A stretch of 64,000 nucleotides of DNA from the human T2T-CHM13v2.0 reference genome, Homo sapiens. Positions 37,266-50,164 of this stretch are shown here, in pieces (position 1 is the first letter of the stretch; each line of letters opens with the position of its first letter). Both the position numbers and the translations under genes were made by a program. The notes beneath the pieces were generated by a model, which was given only the letters and a program-made list of their open reading frames with translations, had not been told where the DNA came from and did not search any database. The stretch lies in the NCBI RefSeq assembly GCF_009914755.1, contig NC_060941.1. The stretch is one strand, 5' to 3'.

Positions 37266-39980
37266 GAATTCGTTGGAAACGGGATAATTTCAGCTGACTA
37301 AACAGAAGCAGTCTCAGAATCTTCTTTGTGATGTTTGCATTCAAATCCCAGAGTTGAACTTTCCTTTCAAAGTTCACGTTTGAAACACTCTTTTTGCAGG
37401 ATCTACAAGTGGATATTTGGACCACTCTGTGTCCTTCGTTCGAAACGGGTATATCTTCACACGACATCTAGACAGAAGCATCCTCAGAAGCTTCTCTGTG
37501 ATGACTGCATTCAACTCACGGAGTTGAACACTCCTTTTGAGAGCGCAGTTTTGAAACTCTCTTTCTGTGGCATCTGCAAGGGGACATGTAGACCTCTTTG
37601 AAGATTTCGTTGGAAACGGAATCATCTTCACATAAAAACTATACAGATGCATTCTCAGGAACTTTTTGGTGATGTTTGTATTCAACTCCCAGAGTTGAAC
37701 TTTCCTTTGGAAAGAGCAGCTATGAAACACTCTTTTTCTAGAATCTGCAAGTGGACGTTTGGAGGGCTTTGTGGTTTGTGGTGGAAAAGGAAATATCTTC
37801 ACCTAAATACTAGATAGAAGCATTCTCAGAAACTGCTTTGTGATGATTGCATTCACCTCACAGAGTTGAACATTCCTATTGATAGAGCAGTTTGGAAACA
37901 CTCTTGTTGTGGAATGTGCAAGTGGAGACTTGGAGCGTTTTGAGGCCTATGGTAGTAAAGGGAATAGCTTCATAGAAAAACTAGACAGAAGCATTCTCAG
38001 AAAATACTTTGTGATGATTGAGTTTAACTCACAGAGCTGAACATTCCTTTGGATGGAGCAGGTTTGAGACACACTTTTTGTAGAAACTACAAGTGGATAT
38101 TTGGACCTCTCTGAGGATTTCGTTGGAAACGCGATAACTGCACCTAATTAAACGGAAGCATTCTCAGAAACTTCTTGGTGATGTTTGCATTCAAATCCCA
38201 GAGTTGAACCTTCCTTTGATAGTTCAGGTTTGAAACACTCTTTTTGTAGGATCTGCAAGTGGATATTTGGACCACTCTGTGGCCTTCGTTCGAAACGGGT
38301 ACATCTTCCCATAAAATCTAGACAGAAGCCTTCTCAGAAACTTCTCTGTGATGATTGCATTCAACTCACAGAGTTGAACCCTCCTATGGATAGAGCATTG
38401 TTGAAACTCTCTTTTTGTGGAATCTGCAAGTGGATATGTGGACCTCTCCGAAGATGTCTTTGGAAACGGGAATATCTTCACATAAAAACTAAACAGAAGC
38501 ATTCTCAGAAACTTCTCTGTGATGTTTGTGTTCAACTCCCAGAGTTTCACATTGCTTTTCATAGAGTAGTTCTGAAACATGCTTTTCGTAGTGTCAGCAA
38601 GTGGACATTTGGAGCGCTTTCAGGCCTGTGGTGGAAAACGAATTATGGTCCCATAAAAACTGGAGAGAAGCATTGTCAGAAACTTCTTTGTGAAGATTGC
38701 ATTCAACTCACGGAGATGAAGGTTCCTTTACAAACAGCAGTTTCCAAACACTCTTTCTGTGGAATCTGCAAGTGGATATTTGGACCTCTTTGAAGATTTC
38801 ATTGGAAACGGGAGAATCTTCACAGAAAAGCTAAACAGAAGCATTCTCAGAAACTTCTTTGTGATGCTTGCATTCAACTCACAGAGTTGAACTTTCCTTT
38901 CGAGAGAGAAGCTTTGAAACACTCTTTTTCCAGAATCTGCAAGTGGACATTTGGAGGGCTTTGAGGCCTGTGGTGGAAAAGGAATTAACTTCCCGTAAAA
39001 GCTAGATAGAAGCATTCTCAGAAACTACTTTGTGATGATTGCATTCAAGTCACAGAGTTGAACATTCCCTTTGACAGAGCAGTTTGGAAACTCTCTTTGT
39101 GTAGAATCTGCAAGTGGAGATATGGACCGCTTTGAGGCCTATGGTAGTAAAGGAAATAGCTTCATATAAAAGCTAGACAGTAGCATTCACAGAAAACTCT
39201 TGGTGACGACTGAGTTTAACTCACAGAGCTGAACATTCCTTTGGATGGAGCAGTTTCGAAACACACTATTTGTAGAATGTGCAAGTGGATATTTGGACCT
39301 CTCTGAGGATTTCGTTGGAAACGGGATAAACCGCACAGAACTAAACAGAAGCATTCTCAGAACCTTCTTCGTGATGTTTGCATTCAACTCACAGTGTTGA
39401 ACCTTTCTTTGATAGTTCAGGTTTGAAACGGTCTTTCTGTAGAAACTGCAAGTAGATATTTGGACCTCTCTGAGGATTTCGTTGGAAACGGGATAACCCG
39501 CACAGAACTAAAACAGAAGCATTCTCAGAACCCTCTTCGTGATGTTTGCATTCAACACACAGTGCTGAACCTTTCTTTGATAGTTCAGCTTTGAAACACT
39601 CTTCTTGTAGAAACTGCAAGTGGATATTTGGTCCTCTCTGAGGATTTCGTTGGAAACGGGATAAACCGCACAGAACTAAACAGAAGCATTCTCAGAACCT
39701 TCTTCGTGATGTCTGCATTCAACTCACAGTGTGGAACCTTTCTTTGATAGTTCAGGTTTGAAACACTCTTTTTGTAGAAACTGCAAGGGGATAATTGCAC
39801 TTCTTTGAGGCCTACCGTAGTAAAGGAAATAACTTCCTATAGAAAGAAGACAGAAGCTTTCTCAGAAAATTCTTTGGGATGATTGAGTGGAACTCACAGA
39901 GCTGAACATTCCTTGCGATGTAGCAGTTTAGAAACACACTTTCTGCACAATCTGCAAGTGCATATTTGGACCTCTCCGAG

Positions 39981-42357
39981 GAATTCGTTGGAAACGGGAT
40001 AATTTCAGCTGACTAAACAGAAGCAGTCTCAGAATCTTCTTTGTGATGTTTGCATTCAAATCCCAGAGTTGAACTTTCCTTTCAAAGTTCACGTTTGAAA
40101 CACTCTTTTTGCAGGATCTACAAGTGGATATTTGGACCACTCTGTGTCCTTCGTTCGAAACGGGTATATCTTCACATGACATCTAGACAGAAGCATTCTC
40201 AGAAGCTTCTCTGTGATGACTGCATTCAACTCACGGAGTTGAACACTCCTTTTGAGAGCGCAGTTTTGAAACTCTCTTTCTGTGGCATCTGCAAGGGGAC
40301 ATGTAGACCTCTTTGAAGATTTCGTTGGAAACGGAATCATCTTCACATAAAAACTATACAGATACATTCTCAGGAACTTTTTGGTGATGTTTGTATTGAA
40401 CTCGCAGAGTTGAACTATCCTTTGGAAAGAGCAGCTATGAAACACTCTTTTTCTAGAATCTGCAAGTGGACGTTTGGAGGGCTTTGTGGTTTGTGGTGGA
40501 AAAGGAAATATCTTCACCTAAATACTAGATAGAAGCATTCTCAGAAACTTCTTGGTGATGTTTGCATTCAAATCCCAGAGTTGAACCTTCCTTTGATAGT
40601 TCAGGTTTGAAACACTCTTTTTGTAGGATCTGCAAGTGGATATTTGGACCACTCTGTGGCCTTCGTTCGAAACGGGTACATCTTCACATAAAATCTAGAC
40701 AGAAGCCTTCTCAGAAACTTCTCTGTGATGATTGCATTCAACTCACAGATTTGAACCCTCCTATGGATAGAGCATTGTTGAAACTCTCTTTTTGTGGAAT
40801 CTGCAAGTGGATATGTGGACCTCTCCGAAGATGTCTTTGGAAACGGGAATATCTTCACATAAAAACTAAACAGAAGCATTCTCAGAAACTTCTCTGTGAT
40901 GTTTGTGTTCAACTCCCAGAGTTTCACATTGCTTTTCATAGAGTAGTTCTGAAACATGCTTTTCGTAGTGTCTGCAAGTGGACATTTGGAGCGCTTTCAG
41001 GCCTGTGGTGGAAAACGAATTATGGTCCCATAAAAACTGGAGAGAAGCATTGTCAGAAACTTCTTTGTGACGATTGCATTCAACTCACAGAGATGAAGGT
41101 TCCTTTACAAACAGCAGTTTCCAAACACTCTTTCTGTGGAATCTGCAAGTGGATATTTGGACCTCTTTGAAGATTTCGTTGGAAACGGGAGAATCTTCAC
41201 AGAAAAGCTAAACAGAAGCATTCTCAGAAACTTCTTTGTGATGCTTGCATTCAACTCACAGAGTTGAACTTTCCTTTCGAGAGAGAAGCTTTGAAACACT
41301 CTTTTTCCAGAATCTGCAAGTGGACATTTGGAGGGCTTTGAGGCCTGTGGTGGAAAAGGAATTAACTTCCCGTAAAAGCTAGATAGAAGCATTCTCAGAA
41401 ACTACTTTGTGATGATTGCATTCAAGTCACAGAGTTGAACATTCCCTTTGACAGAGCAGTTTGGAAACTCTCTTTGTGTAGAATCTGCAAGTGGAGATAT
41501 GGACCGCTTTGAGGCCTATGGTAGTAAAGGAAATAGCTTCATATAAAAGCTAGACAGTAGCATTCACAGAAAACTCTTGGTGACGACTGAGTTTAACTCA
41601 CAGAGCTGAACATTCCTTTGGATGGAGCAGTTTCGAAACACACTATTTGTAGAATGTGCAAGTGTATATTTGGACCTCTCTGAGGATTTCGTTGGAAACG
41701 GGATAAACCGCACAGAACTAAACAGAAGCATTCTCAGAACCTTCTTCGTGATGTTTGCATTCAACTCACAGTGCTGAACCTTTCTTTGATAGTTCAGGTT
41801 TGAAACGGTCTTTCTGTAGAAACTGCAAGTAGATATTTGGACCTCTCTGAGGATTTCGTTGGAAACGGGATAAACCGCACAGAACTAAAACAGAAGCATT
41901 CTCAGAACCCTCTTCGTGGTGTTTGCATTCAACTCACAGTGCTGAACCTCTCTTTGATAGTTCAGCTTTGAAACACTCTTCTTGTAGAAACTGCAAGTGG
42001 ATATTTGGTCCTCTCTGAGGATTTCCTTGGAAAAGGGATAAACCGCACAGAACTAAACAGAAGCATTCTCAGAACCTTCTTCGTGATGTCTGCATTCAAC
42101 TCACAGTGTGGAACCTTTCTTTGATAGTTCAGGTTTGAAACACTCTTTTTGTAGAAACTGCAAGGGGATAATTGCACTTCTTTGAGGCCTACCGTAGTAA
42201 AGGAAATAACTTCCTATAGAAAGAAGACAGAAGCTTTCTCAGAAAATTCTTTGGGATGATTGAGTGGAACTCACAGAGCTGAACATTCCTTGCGATGTAG
42301 CAGTTTAGAAACACACTTTCTGCAGAATCTGCAAGTGCATATTTGGACCTCTCCGAG
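39981..42357 (+). repeat. 14-mer HOR variant, copy 2 (2377 bp)
   Basis: EcoRI spacing 2377 bp; same junction at 40532-40549. Confidence 0.95.
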
Positions 42358-45300
42358 GAATTCGTTGGAAACGGGATAATTTCAGCTGACTAAACAGAAG
42401 CAGTCTCAGAATCTTCTTTGTGATGTTTGCATTCAAATCCCAGAGTTGAACTTTCCTTTCAAAGTTCACGTTTGAAACACTCTTTTTGCAGGATCTACAA
42501 GTGGATATTTGGACCACTCTGTGTCCTTCATTCGAAACGGGTATATCTTCACATGACATCTAGACAGAAGCATTCTCAGAAGCTTCTCTGTGATGACTGC
42601 ATTCAACTCACGGAGTTGAACACTCCTTTTGAGAGCGCAGTTTTGAAACTCTCTTTCTGTGGCATCTGCAAGGGGACATGTAGACCTCTTTGAAGATTTC
42701 GTTGGAAACGGAATCATCTTCACATAAAAACTATACAGATGCATTCTCAGGAACTTTTTGGTGATGTTTGTATTCAACTCCCAGAGTTGAACTTTCCTTT
42801 GGAAAGAGCAGCTATGAAACACTCTTTTTCTAGAATCTGCAAGTGGACGTTTGGAGGGCTTTGTGGTTTGTGGTGGAAAAGGAAATATCTTCACCTAAAT
42901 ACTAGATAGAAGCATTCTCAGAAACTGCTTTGTGATGATTGCATTCACCTCACAGAGTTGAACATTCCTATTGATAGAGCAGTTTGGAAACACTCTTGTT
43001 GTGGAATGTGCAAGTGGAGATTTGGAGCGCTTTGAGGCCTATGGTAGTAAAGGGAATAGCTTCATAGAAAAACTAGACAGAAGCATTCTCAGAAAATACT
43101 TTGTGATGATTGAGTTTAACTCACAGAGCTGAACATTCCTTTGGATGGAGCAGGTTTGAGACACACTTTTTGTAGAATCTGCAAGTGGATATTTGGACCT
43201 CTCTGAGGATTTCGTTGGAAACGCGATAACTGCACCTAACTAAACGGAAGCATTCTCAGAAACTTCTTGGTGATGTTTGCATTCAAATCCCAGAGTTGAA
43301 CCTTCCTGTGATAGTTCAGGTTTGAAACACTCTTTTTGTAGGATCTGCAAGTGGATATTTGGACCACTCTGTGGCCTTCGTTCGAAACGGGTACATCTTC
43401 ACATAAAATCTAGACAGAAGCCTTCTCAGAAACTTCTCTGTGATGATTGCATTCAACTCACAGATTTGAACCCTCCTATGGATAGAGCATTCTTGAAACT
43501 CTCTTTTTGTGGAATCTGCAAGTGGATATGTGGACCTCTCCGAAGATGTCTTTGGAAACGGGAATATCTTCACATAAAAACTAAACAGAAGCATTCTCAG
43601 AAACTTCTCTGTGATGTTTGTGTTCAACTCCCAGAGTTTCACATTGCTTTTCATAGAGTAGTTCTGAAACATGCTTTTCGTAGTGTCTGCAAGTGGACAT
43701 TTGGAGCGCTTTCAGGACTGTGGTGGAAAACGAATTATGGTCCCATAAAAACTGGAGAGAAGCATTGTCAGAAACTTCTTTGTGATGATTGCATTCAACT
43801 CACAGAGATGAAGGTTCCTTTACAAACAGCAGTTTCCAAACACTCTTTCTGTGGAATCTGCAAGTGGATATTTGGACCTCTTTGAAGATTTCGTTGGAAA
43901 CGGGAGAATCTTCACAGAAAAGCTAAACAGAAGCATTCTCAGAAACTTCTTTGTGATGCTTGCATTCAACTCACAGAGTTGAACTTTCCTTTCGAGAGAG
44001 AAGCTTTGAAACACTCTTTTTCCAGAATCTGCAAGTGGACATTTGGAGGGCTTTGAGGCCTGTGGTGGAAAAGGAATTAACTTCCCGTAAAAGCTAGATA
44101 GAAGCATTCTCAGAAACTACTTTGTGATGATTGCATTCAAGTCACAGAGTTGAACATTCCCTTTGACAGAGCAGTTTGGAAACTCTCTTTGTGTAGAATC
44201 TGCAAGTGGAGATATGGACCGCTTTGAGGCCTATGGTAGTAAAGGAAATAGCTTCATATAAAAGCTAGACAGTAGCATTCACAGAAAACTCTTGGTGACG
44301 ACTGAGTTTAACTCACAGAGCTGAACATTCCTTTGGATGGAGCAGTTTCGAAACACACTATTTGTAGAATGTGCAAGTGGATATTTGGGCCTCTCTGAGG
44401 ATTTCGTTGGAAACGGGATAAACCGCACAGAACTAAACAGAAGCATTCTCAGAACCTTCTTCGTGATGTTTGCATTCAACTCACAGTGTTGAACCTTTCT
44501 TTCATAGTTCAGGTTTGAAACGGTCTTTCTGTAGAAACTGCAAGTAGATATTTGGACCTCTCTGAGGATTTCGTTGGAAACGGGATAAACCGCACAGAAC
44601 TAAAACAGAAGCATTCTCAGAACCCTCTTCGTGATGTTTGCATTCAACTCACAGTGCTGAACCTTTCTTTGATAGTTCAGCTTTGAAACACTCTTCTTGT
44701 AGAAACTGCAAGTGGATATTTGGTCCTCTCTGAGGATTTCGTTGGAAACGGGATAAACCGCACAGAACTAAACAGAAGCATTCTCAGAACCTTCTTCGTG
44801 ATGTCTGCATTCAACTCACAGTGTGGAACCTTTCTTTGATAGTTCAGGTTTGAAACACTCTTTTTGTAGAAACTGCAAGGGGATAATTGCACTTCTTTGA
44901 GGCCTACCGTAGTAAAGGAAATAACTTCCTATAGAAAGAAGACAGAAGCTTTCTCAGAAAATTCTTTGGGATGATTGAGTGGAACTCACAGAGCTGAACA
45001 TTCCTTGCGATGTAGCAGTTTAGAAACACACTTTCTGCAGAATCTGCAAGTGCATATTTGGACCTCTCCGAGGAATTCGTTGGAAACGGGATAATTTCAG
45101 CTGACTAAACAGAAGCAGTCTCAGAATCTTCTTTGTGATGTTTGCATTCAAATCCCAGAGTTGAACTTTCCTTTCAAAGTTCACGTTTGAAACACTCTTT
45201 TTGCAGGATCTACAAGTGGATATTTGGACCACTCTGTGTCCTTCGTTCGAAACGGGTATATCTTCACACGACATCTAGACAGAAGCATCCTCAGAAGCTT

Positions 45301-47787
45301 CTCTGTGATGACTGCATTCAACTCACGGAGTTGAACACTCCTTTTGAGAGCGCAGTTTTGAAACTCTCTTTCTGTGGCATCTGCAAGGGGACATGTAGAC
45401 CTCTTTGAAGATTTCGTTGGAAACGGAATCATCTTCACATAAAAACTATACAGATGCATTCTCAGGAACTTTTTGGTGATGTTTGTATTCAACTCCCAGA
45501 GTTGAACTTTCCTTTGGAAAGAGCAGCTATGAAACACTCTTTTTCTAGAATCTGCAAGTGGACGTTTGGAGGGCTTTGTGGTTTGTGGTGGAAAAGGAAA
45601 TATCTTCACCTAAATACTAGATAGAAGCATTCTCAGAAACTGCTTTGTGATGATTGCATTCACCTCACAGAGTTGAACATTCCTATTGATAGAGCAGTTT
45701 GGAAACACTCTTGTTGTGGAATGTGCAAGTGGAGACTTGGAGCGTTTTGAGGCCTATGGTAGTAAAGGGAATAGCTTCATAGAAAAACTAGACAGAAGCA
45801 TTCTCAGAAAATACTTTGTGATGATTGAGTTTAACTCACAGAGCTGAACATTCCTTTGGATGGAGCAGGTTTGAGACACACTTTTTGTAGAAACTACAAG
45901 TGGATATTTGGACCTCTCTGAGGATTTCGTTGGAAACGCGATAACTGCACCTAATTAAACGGAAGCATTCTCAGAAACTTCTTGGTGATGTTTGCATTCA
46001 AATCCCAGAGTTGAACCTTCCTTTGATAGTTCAGGTTTGAAACACTCTTTTTGTAGGATCTGCAAGTGGATATTTGGACCACTCTGTGGCCTTCGTTCGA
46101 AACGGGTACATCTTCCCATAAAATCTAGACAGAAGCCTTCTCAGAAACTTCTCTGTGATGATTGCATTCAACTCACAGAGTTGAACCCTCCTATGGATAG
46201 AGCATTGTTGAAACTCTCTTTTTGTGGAATCTGCAAGTGGATATGTGGACCTCTCCGAAGATGTCTTTGGAAACGGGAATATCTTCACATAAAAACTAAA
46301 CAGAAGCATTCTCAGAAACTTCTCTGTGATGTTTGTGTTCAACTCCCAGAGTTTCACATTGCTTTTCATAGAGTAGTTCTGAAACATGCTTTTCGTAGTG
46401 TCAGCAAGTGGACATTTGGAGCGCTTTCAGGCCTGTGGTGGAAAACGAATTATGGTCCCATAAAAACTGGAGAGAAGCATTGTCAGAAACTTCTTTGTGA
46501 AGATTGCATTCAACTCACGGAGATGAAGGTTCCTTTACAAACAGCAGTTTCCAAACACTCTTTCTGTGGAATCTGCAAGTGGATATTTGGACCTCTTTGA
46601 AGATTTCATTGGAAACGGGAGAATCTTCACAGAAAAGCTAAACAGAAGCATTCTCAGAAACTTCTTTGTGATGCTTGCATTCAACTCACAGAGTTGAACT
46701 TTCCTTTCGAGAGAGAAGCTTTGAAACACTCTTTTTCCAGAATCTGCAAGTGGACATTTGGAGGGCTTTGAGGCCTGTGGTGGAAAAGGAATTAACTTCC
46801 CGTAAAAGCTAGATAGAAGCATTCTCAGAAACTACTTTGTGATGATTGCATTCAAGTCACAGAGTTGAACATTCCCTTTGACAGAGCAGTTTGGAAACTC
46901 TCTTTGTGTAGAATCTGCAAGTGGAGATATGGACCGCTTTGAGGCCTATGGTAGTAAAGGAAATAGCTTCATATAAAAGCTAGACAGTAGCATTCACAGA
47001 AAACTCTTGGTGACGACTGAGTTTAACTCACAGAGCTGAACATTCCTTTGGATGGAGCAGTTTCGAAACACACTATTTGTAGAATGTGCAAGTGGATATT
47101 TGGACCTCTCTGAGGATTTCGTTGGAAACGGGATAAACCGCACAGAACTAAACAGAAGCATTCTCAGAACCTTCTTCGTGATGTTTGCATTCAACTCACA
47201 GTGTTGAACCTTTCTTTGATAGTTCAGGTTTGAAACGGTCTTTCTGTAGAAACTGCAAGTAGATATTTGGACCTCTCTGAGGATTTCGTTGGAAACGGGA
47301 TAACCCGCACAGAACTAAAACAGAAGCATTCTCAGAACCCTCTTCGTGATGTTTGCATTCAACACACAGTGCTGAACCTTTCTTTGATAGTTCAGCTTTG
47401 AAACACTCTTCTTGTAGAAACTGCAAGTGGATATTTGGTCCTCTCTGAGGATTTCGTTGGAAACGGGATAAACCGCACAGAACTAAACAGAAGCATTCTC
47501 AGAACCTTCTTCGTGATGTCTGCATTCAACTCACAGTGTGGAACCTTTCTTTGATAGTTCAGGTTTGAAACACTCTTTTTGTAGAAACTGCAAGGGGATA
47601 ATTGCACTTCTTTGAGGCCTACCGTAGTAAAGGAAATAACTTCCTATAGAAAGAAGACAGAAGCTTTCTCAGAAAATTCTTTGGGATGATTGAGTGGAAC
47701 TCACAGAGCTGAACATTCCTTGCGATGTAGCAGTTTAGAAACACACTTTCTGCACAATCTGCAAGTGCATATTTGGACCTCTCCGAG

Positions 47788-50164
47788 GAATTCGTTGGAA
47801 ACGGGATAATTTCAGCTGACTAAACAGAAGCAGTCTCAGAATCTTCTTTGTGATGTTTGCATTCAAATCCCAGAGTTGAACTTTCCTTTCAAAGTTCACG
47901 TTTGAAACACTCTTTTTGCAGGATCTACAAGTGGATATTTGGACCACTCTGTGTCCTTCGTTCGAAACGGGTATATCTTCACATGACATCTAGACAGAAG
48001 CATTCTCAGAAGCTTCTCTGTGATGACTGCATTCAACTCACGGAGTTGAACACTCCTTTTGAGAGCGCAGTTTTGAAACTCTCTTTCTGTGGCATCTGCA
48101 AGGGGACATGTAGACCTCTTTGAAGATTTCGTTGGAAACGGAATCATCTTCACATAAAAACTATACAGATACATTCTCAGGAACTTTTTGGTGATGTTTG
48201 TATTGAACTCGCAGAGTTGAACTATCCTTTGGAAAGAGCAGCTATGAAACACTCTTTTTCTAGAATCTGCAAGTGGACGTTTGGAGGGCTTTGTGGTTTG
48301 TGGTGGAAAAGGAAATATCTTCACCTAAATACTAGATAGAAGCATTCTCAGAAACTTCTTGGTGATGTTTGCATTCAAATCCCAGAGTTGAACCTTCCTT
48401 TGATAGTTCAGGTTTGAAACACTCTTTTTGTAGGATCTGCAAGTGGATATTTGGACCACTCTGTGGCCTTCGTTCGAAACGGGTACATCTTCACATAAAA
48501 TCTAGACAGAAGCCTTCTCAGAAACTTCTCTGTGATGATTGCATTCAACTCACAGATTTGAACCCTCCTATGGATAGAGCATTGTTGAAACTCTCTTTTT
48601 GTGGAATCTGCAAGTGGATATGTGGACCTCTCCGAAGATGTCTTTGGAAACGGGAATATCTTCACATAAAAACTAAACAGAAGCATTCTCAGAAACTTCT
48701 CTGTGATGTTTGTGTTCAACTCCCAGAGTTTCACATTGCTTTTCATAGAGTAGTTCTGAAACATGCTTTTCGTAGTGTCTGCAAGTGGACATTTGGAGCG
48801 CTTTCAGGCCTGTGGTGGAAAACGAATTATGGTCCCATAAAAACTGGAGAGAAGCATTGTCAGAAACTTCTTTGTGACGATTGCATTCAACTCACAGAGA
48901 TGAAGGTTCCTTTACAAACAGCAGTTTCCAAACACTCTTTCTGTGGAATCTGCAAGTGGATATTTGGACCTCTTTGAAGATTTCGTTGGAAACGGGAGAA
49001 TCTTCACAGAAAAGCTAAACAGAAGCATTCTCAGAAACTTCTTTGTGATGCTTGCATTCAACTCACAGAGTTGAACTTTCCTTTCGAGAGAGAAGCTTTG
49101 AAACACTCTTTTTCCAGAATCTGCAAGTGGACATTTGGAGGGCTTTGAGGCCTGTGGTGGAAAAGGAATTAACTTCCCGTAAAAGCTAGATAGAAGCATT
49201 CTCAGAAACTACTTTGTGATGATTGCATTCAAGTCACAGAGTTGAACATTCCCTTTGACAGAGCAGTTTGGAAACTCTCTTTGTGTAGAATCTGCAAGTG
49301 GAGATATGGACCGCTTTGAGGCCTATGGTAGTAAAGGAAATAGCTTCATATAAAAGCTAGACAGTAGCATTCACAGAAAACTCTTGGTGACGACTGAGTT
49401 TAACTCACAGAGCTGAACATTCCTTTGGATGGAGCAGTTTCGAAACACACTATTTGTAGAATGTGCAAGTGTATATTTGGACCTCTCTGAGGATTTCGTT
49501 GGAAACGGGATAAACCGCACAGAACTAAACAGAAGCATTCTCAGAACCTTCTTCGTGATGTTTGCATTCAACTCACAGTGCTGAACCTTTCTTTGATAGT
49601 TCAGGTTTGAAACGGTCTTTCTGTAGAAACTGCAAGTAGATATTTGGACCTCTCTGAGGATTTCGTTGGAAACGGGATAAACCGCACAGAACTAAAACAG
49701 AAGCATTCTCAGAACCCTCTTCGTGGTGTTTGCATTCAACTCACAGTGCTGAACCTCTCTTTGATAGTTCAGCTTTGAAACACTCTTCTTGTAGAAACTG
49801 CAAGTGGATATTTGGTCCTCTCTGAGGATTTCCTTGGAAAAGGGATAAACCGCACAGAACTAAACAGAAGCATTCTCAGAACCTTCTTCGTGATGTCTGC
49901 ATTCAACTCACAGTGTGGAACCTTTCTTTGATAGTTCAGGTTTGAAACACTCTTTTTGTAGAAACTGCAAGGGGATAATTGCACTTCTTTGAGGCCTACC
50001 GTAGTAAAGGAAATAACTTCCTATAGAAAGAAGACAGAAGCTTTCTCAGAAAATTCTTTGGGATGATTGAGTGGAACTCACAGAGCTGAACATTCCTTGC
50101 GATGTAGCAGTTTAGAAACACACTTTCTGCAGAATCTGCAAGTGCATATTTGGACCTCTCCGAG
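47788..50164 (+). repeat. 14-mer HOR variant, copy 3 (2377 bp)
   Basis: EcoRI spacing 2377 bp; same junction at 48339-48356. Confidence 0.95.

Noticed and set aside
34889-50164. 14-mers interpreted as the neighbouring D17Z1-B 14-mer array
   Set aside because: They are near-identical to the adjacent 16-mers apart from a clean two-monomer deletion and a few SNVs, and they are interleaved with them. D17Z1-B is a separate, more diverged array.
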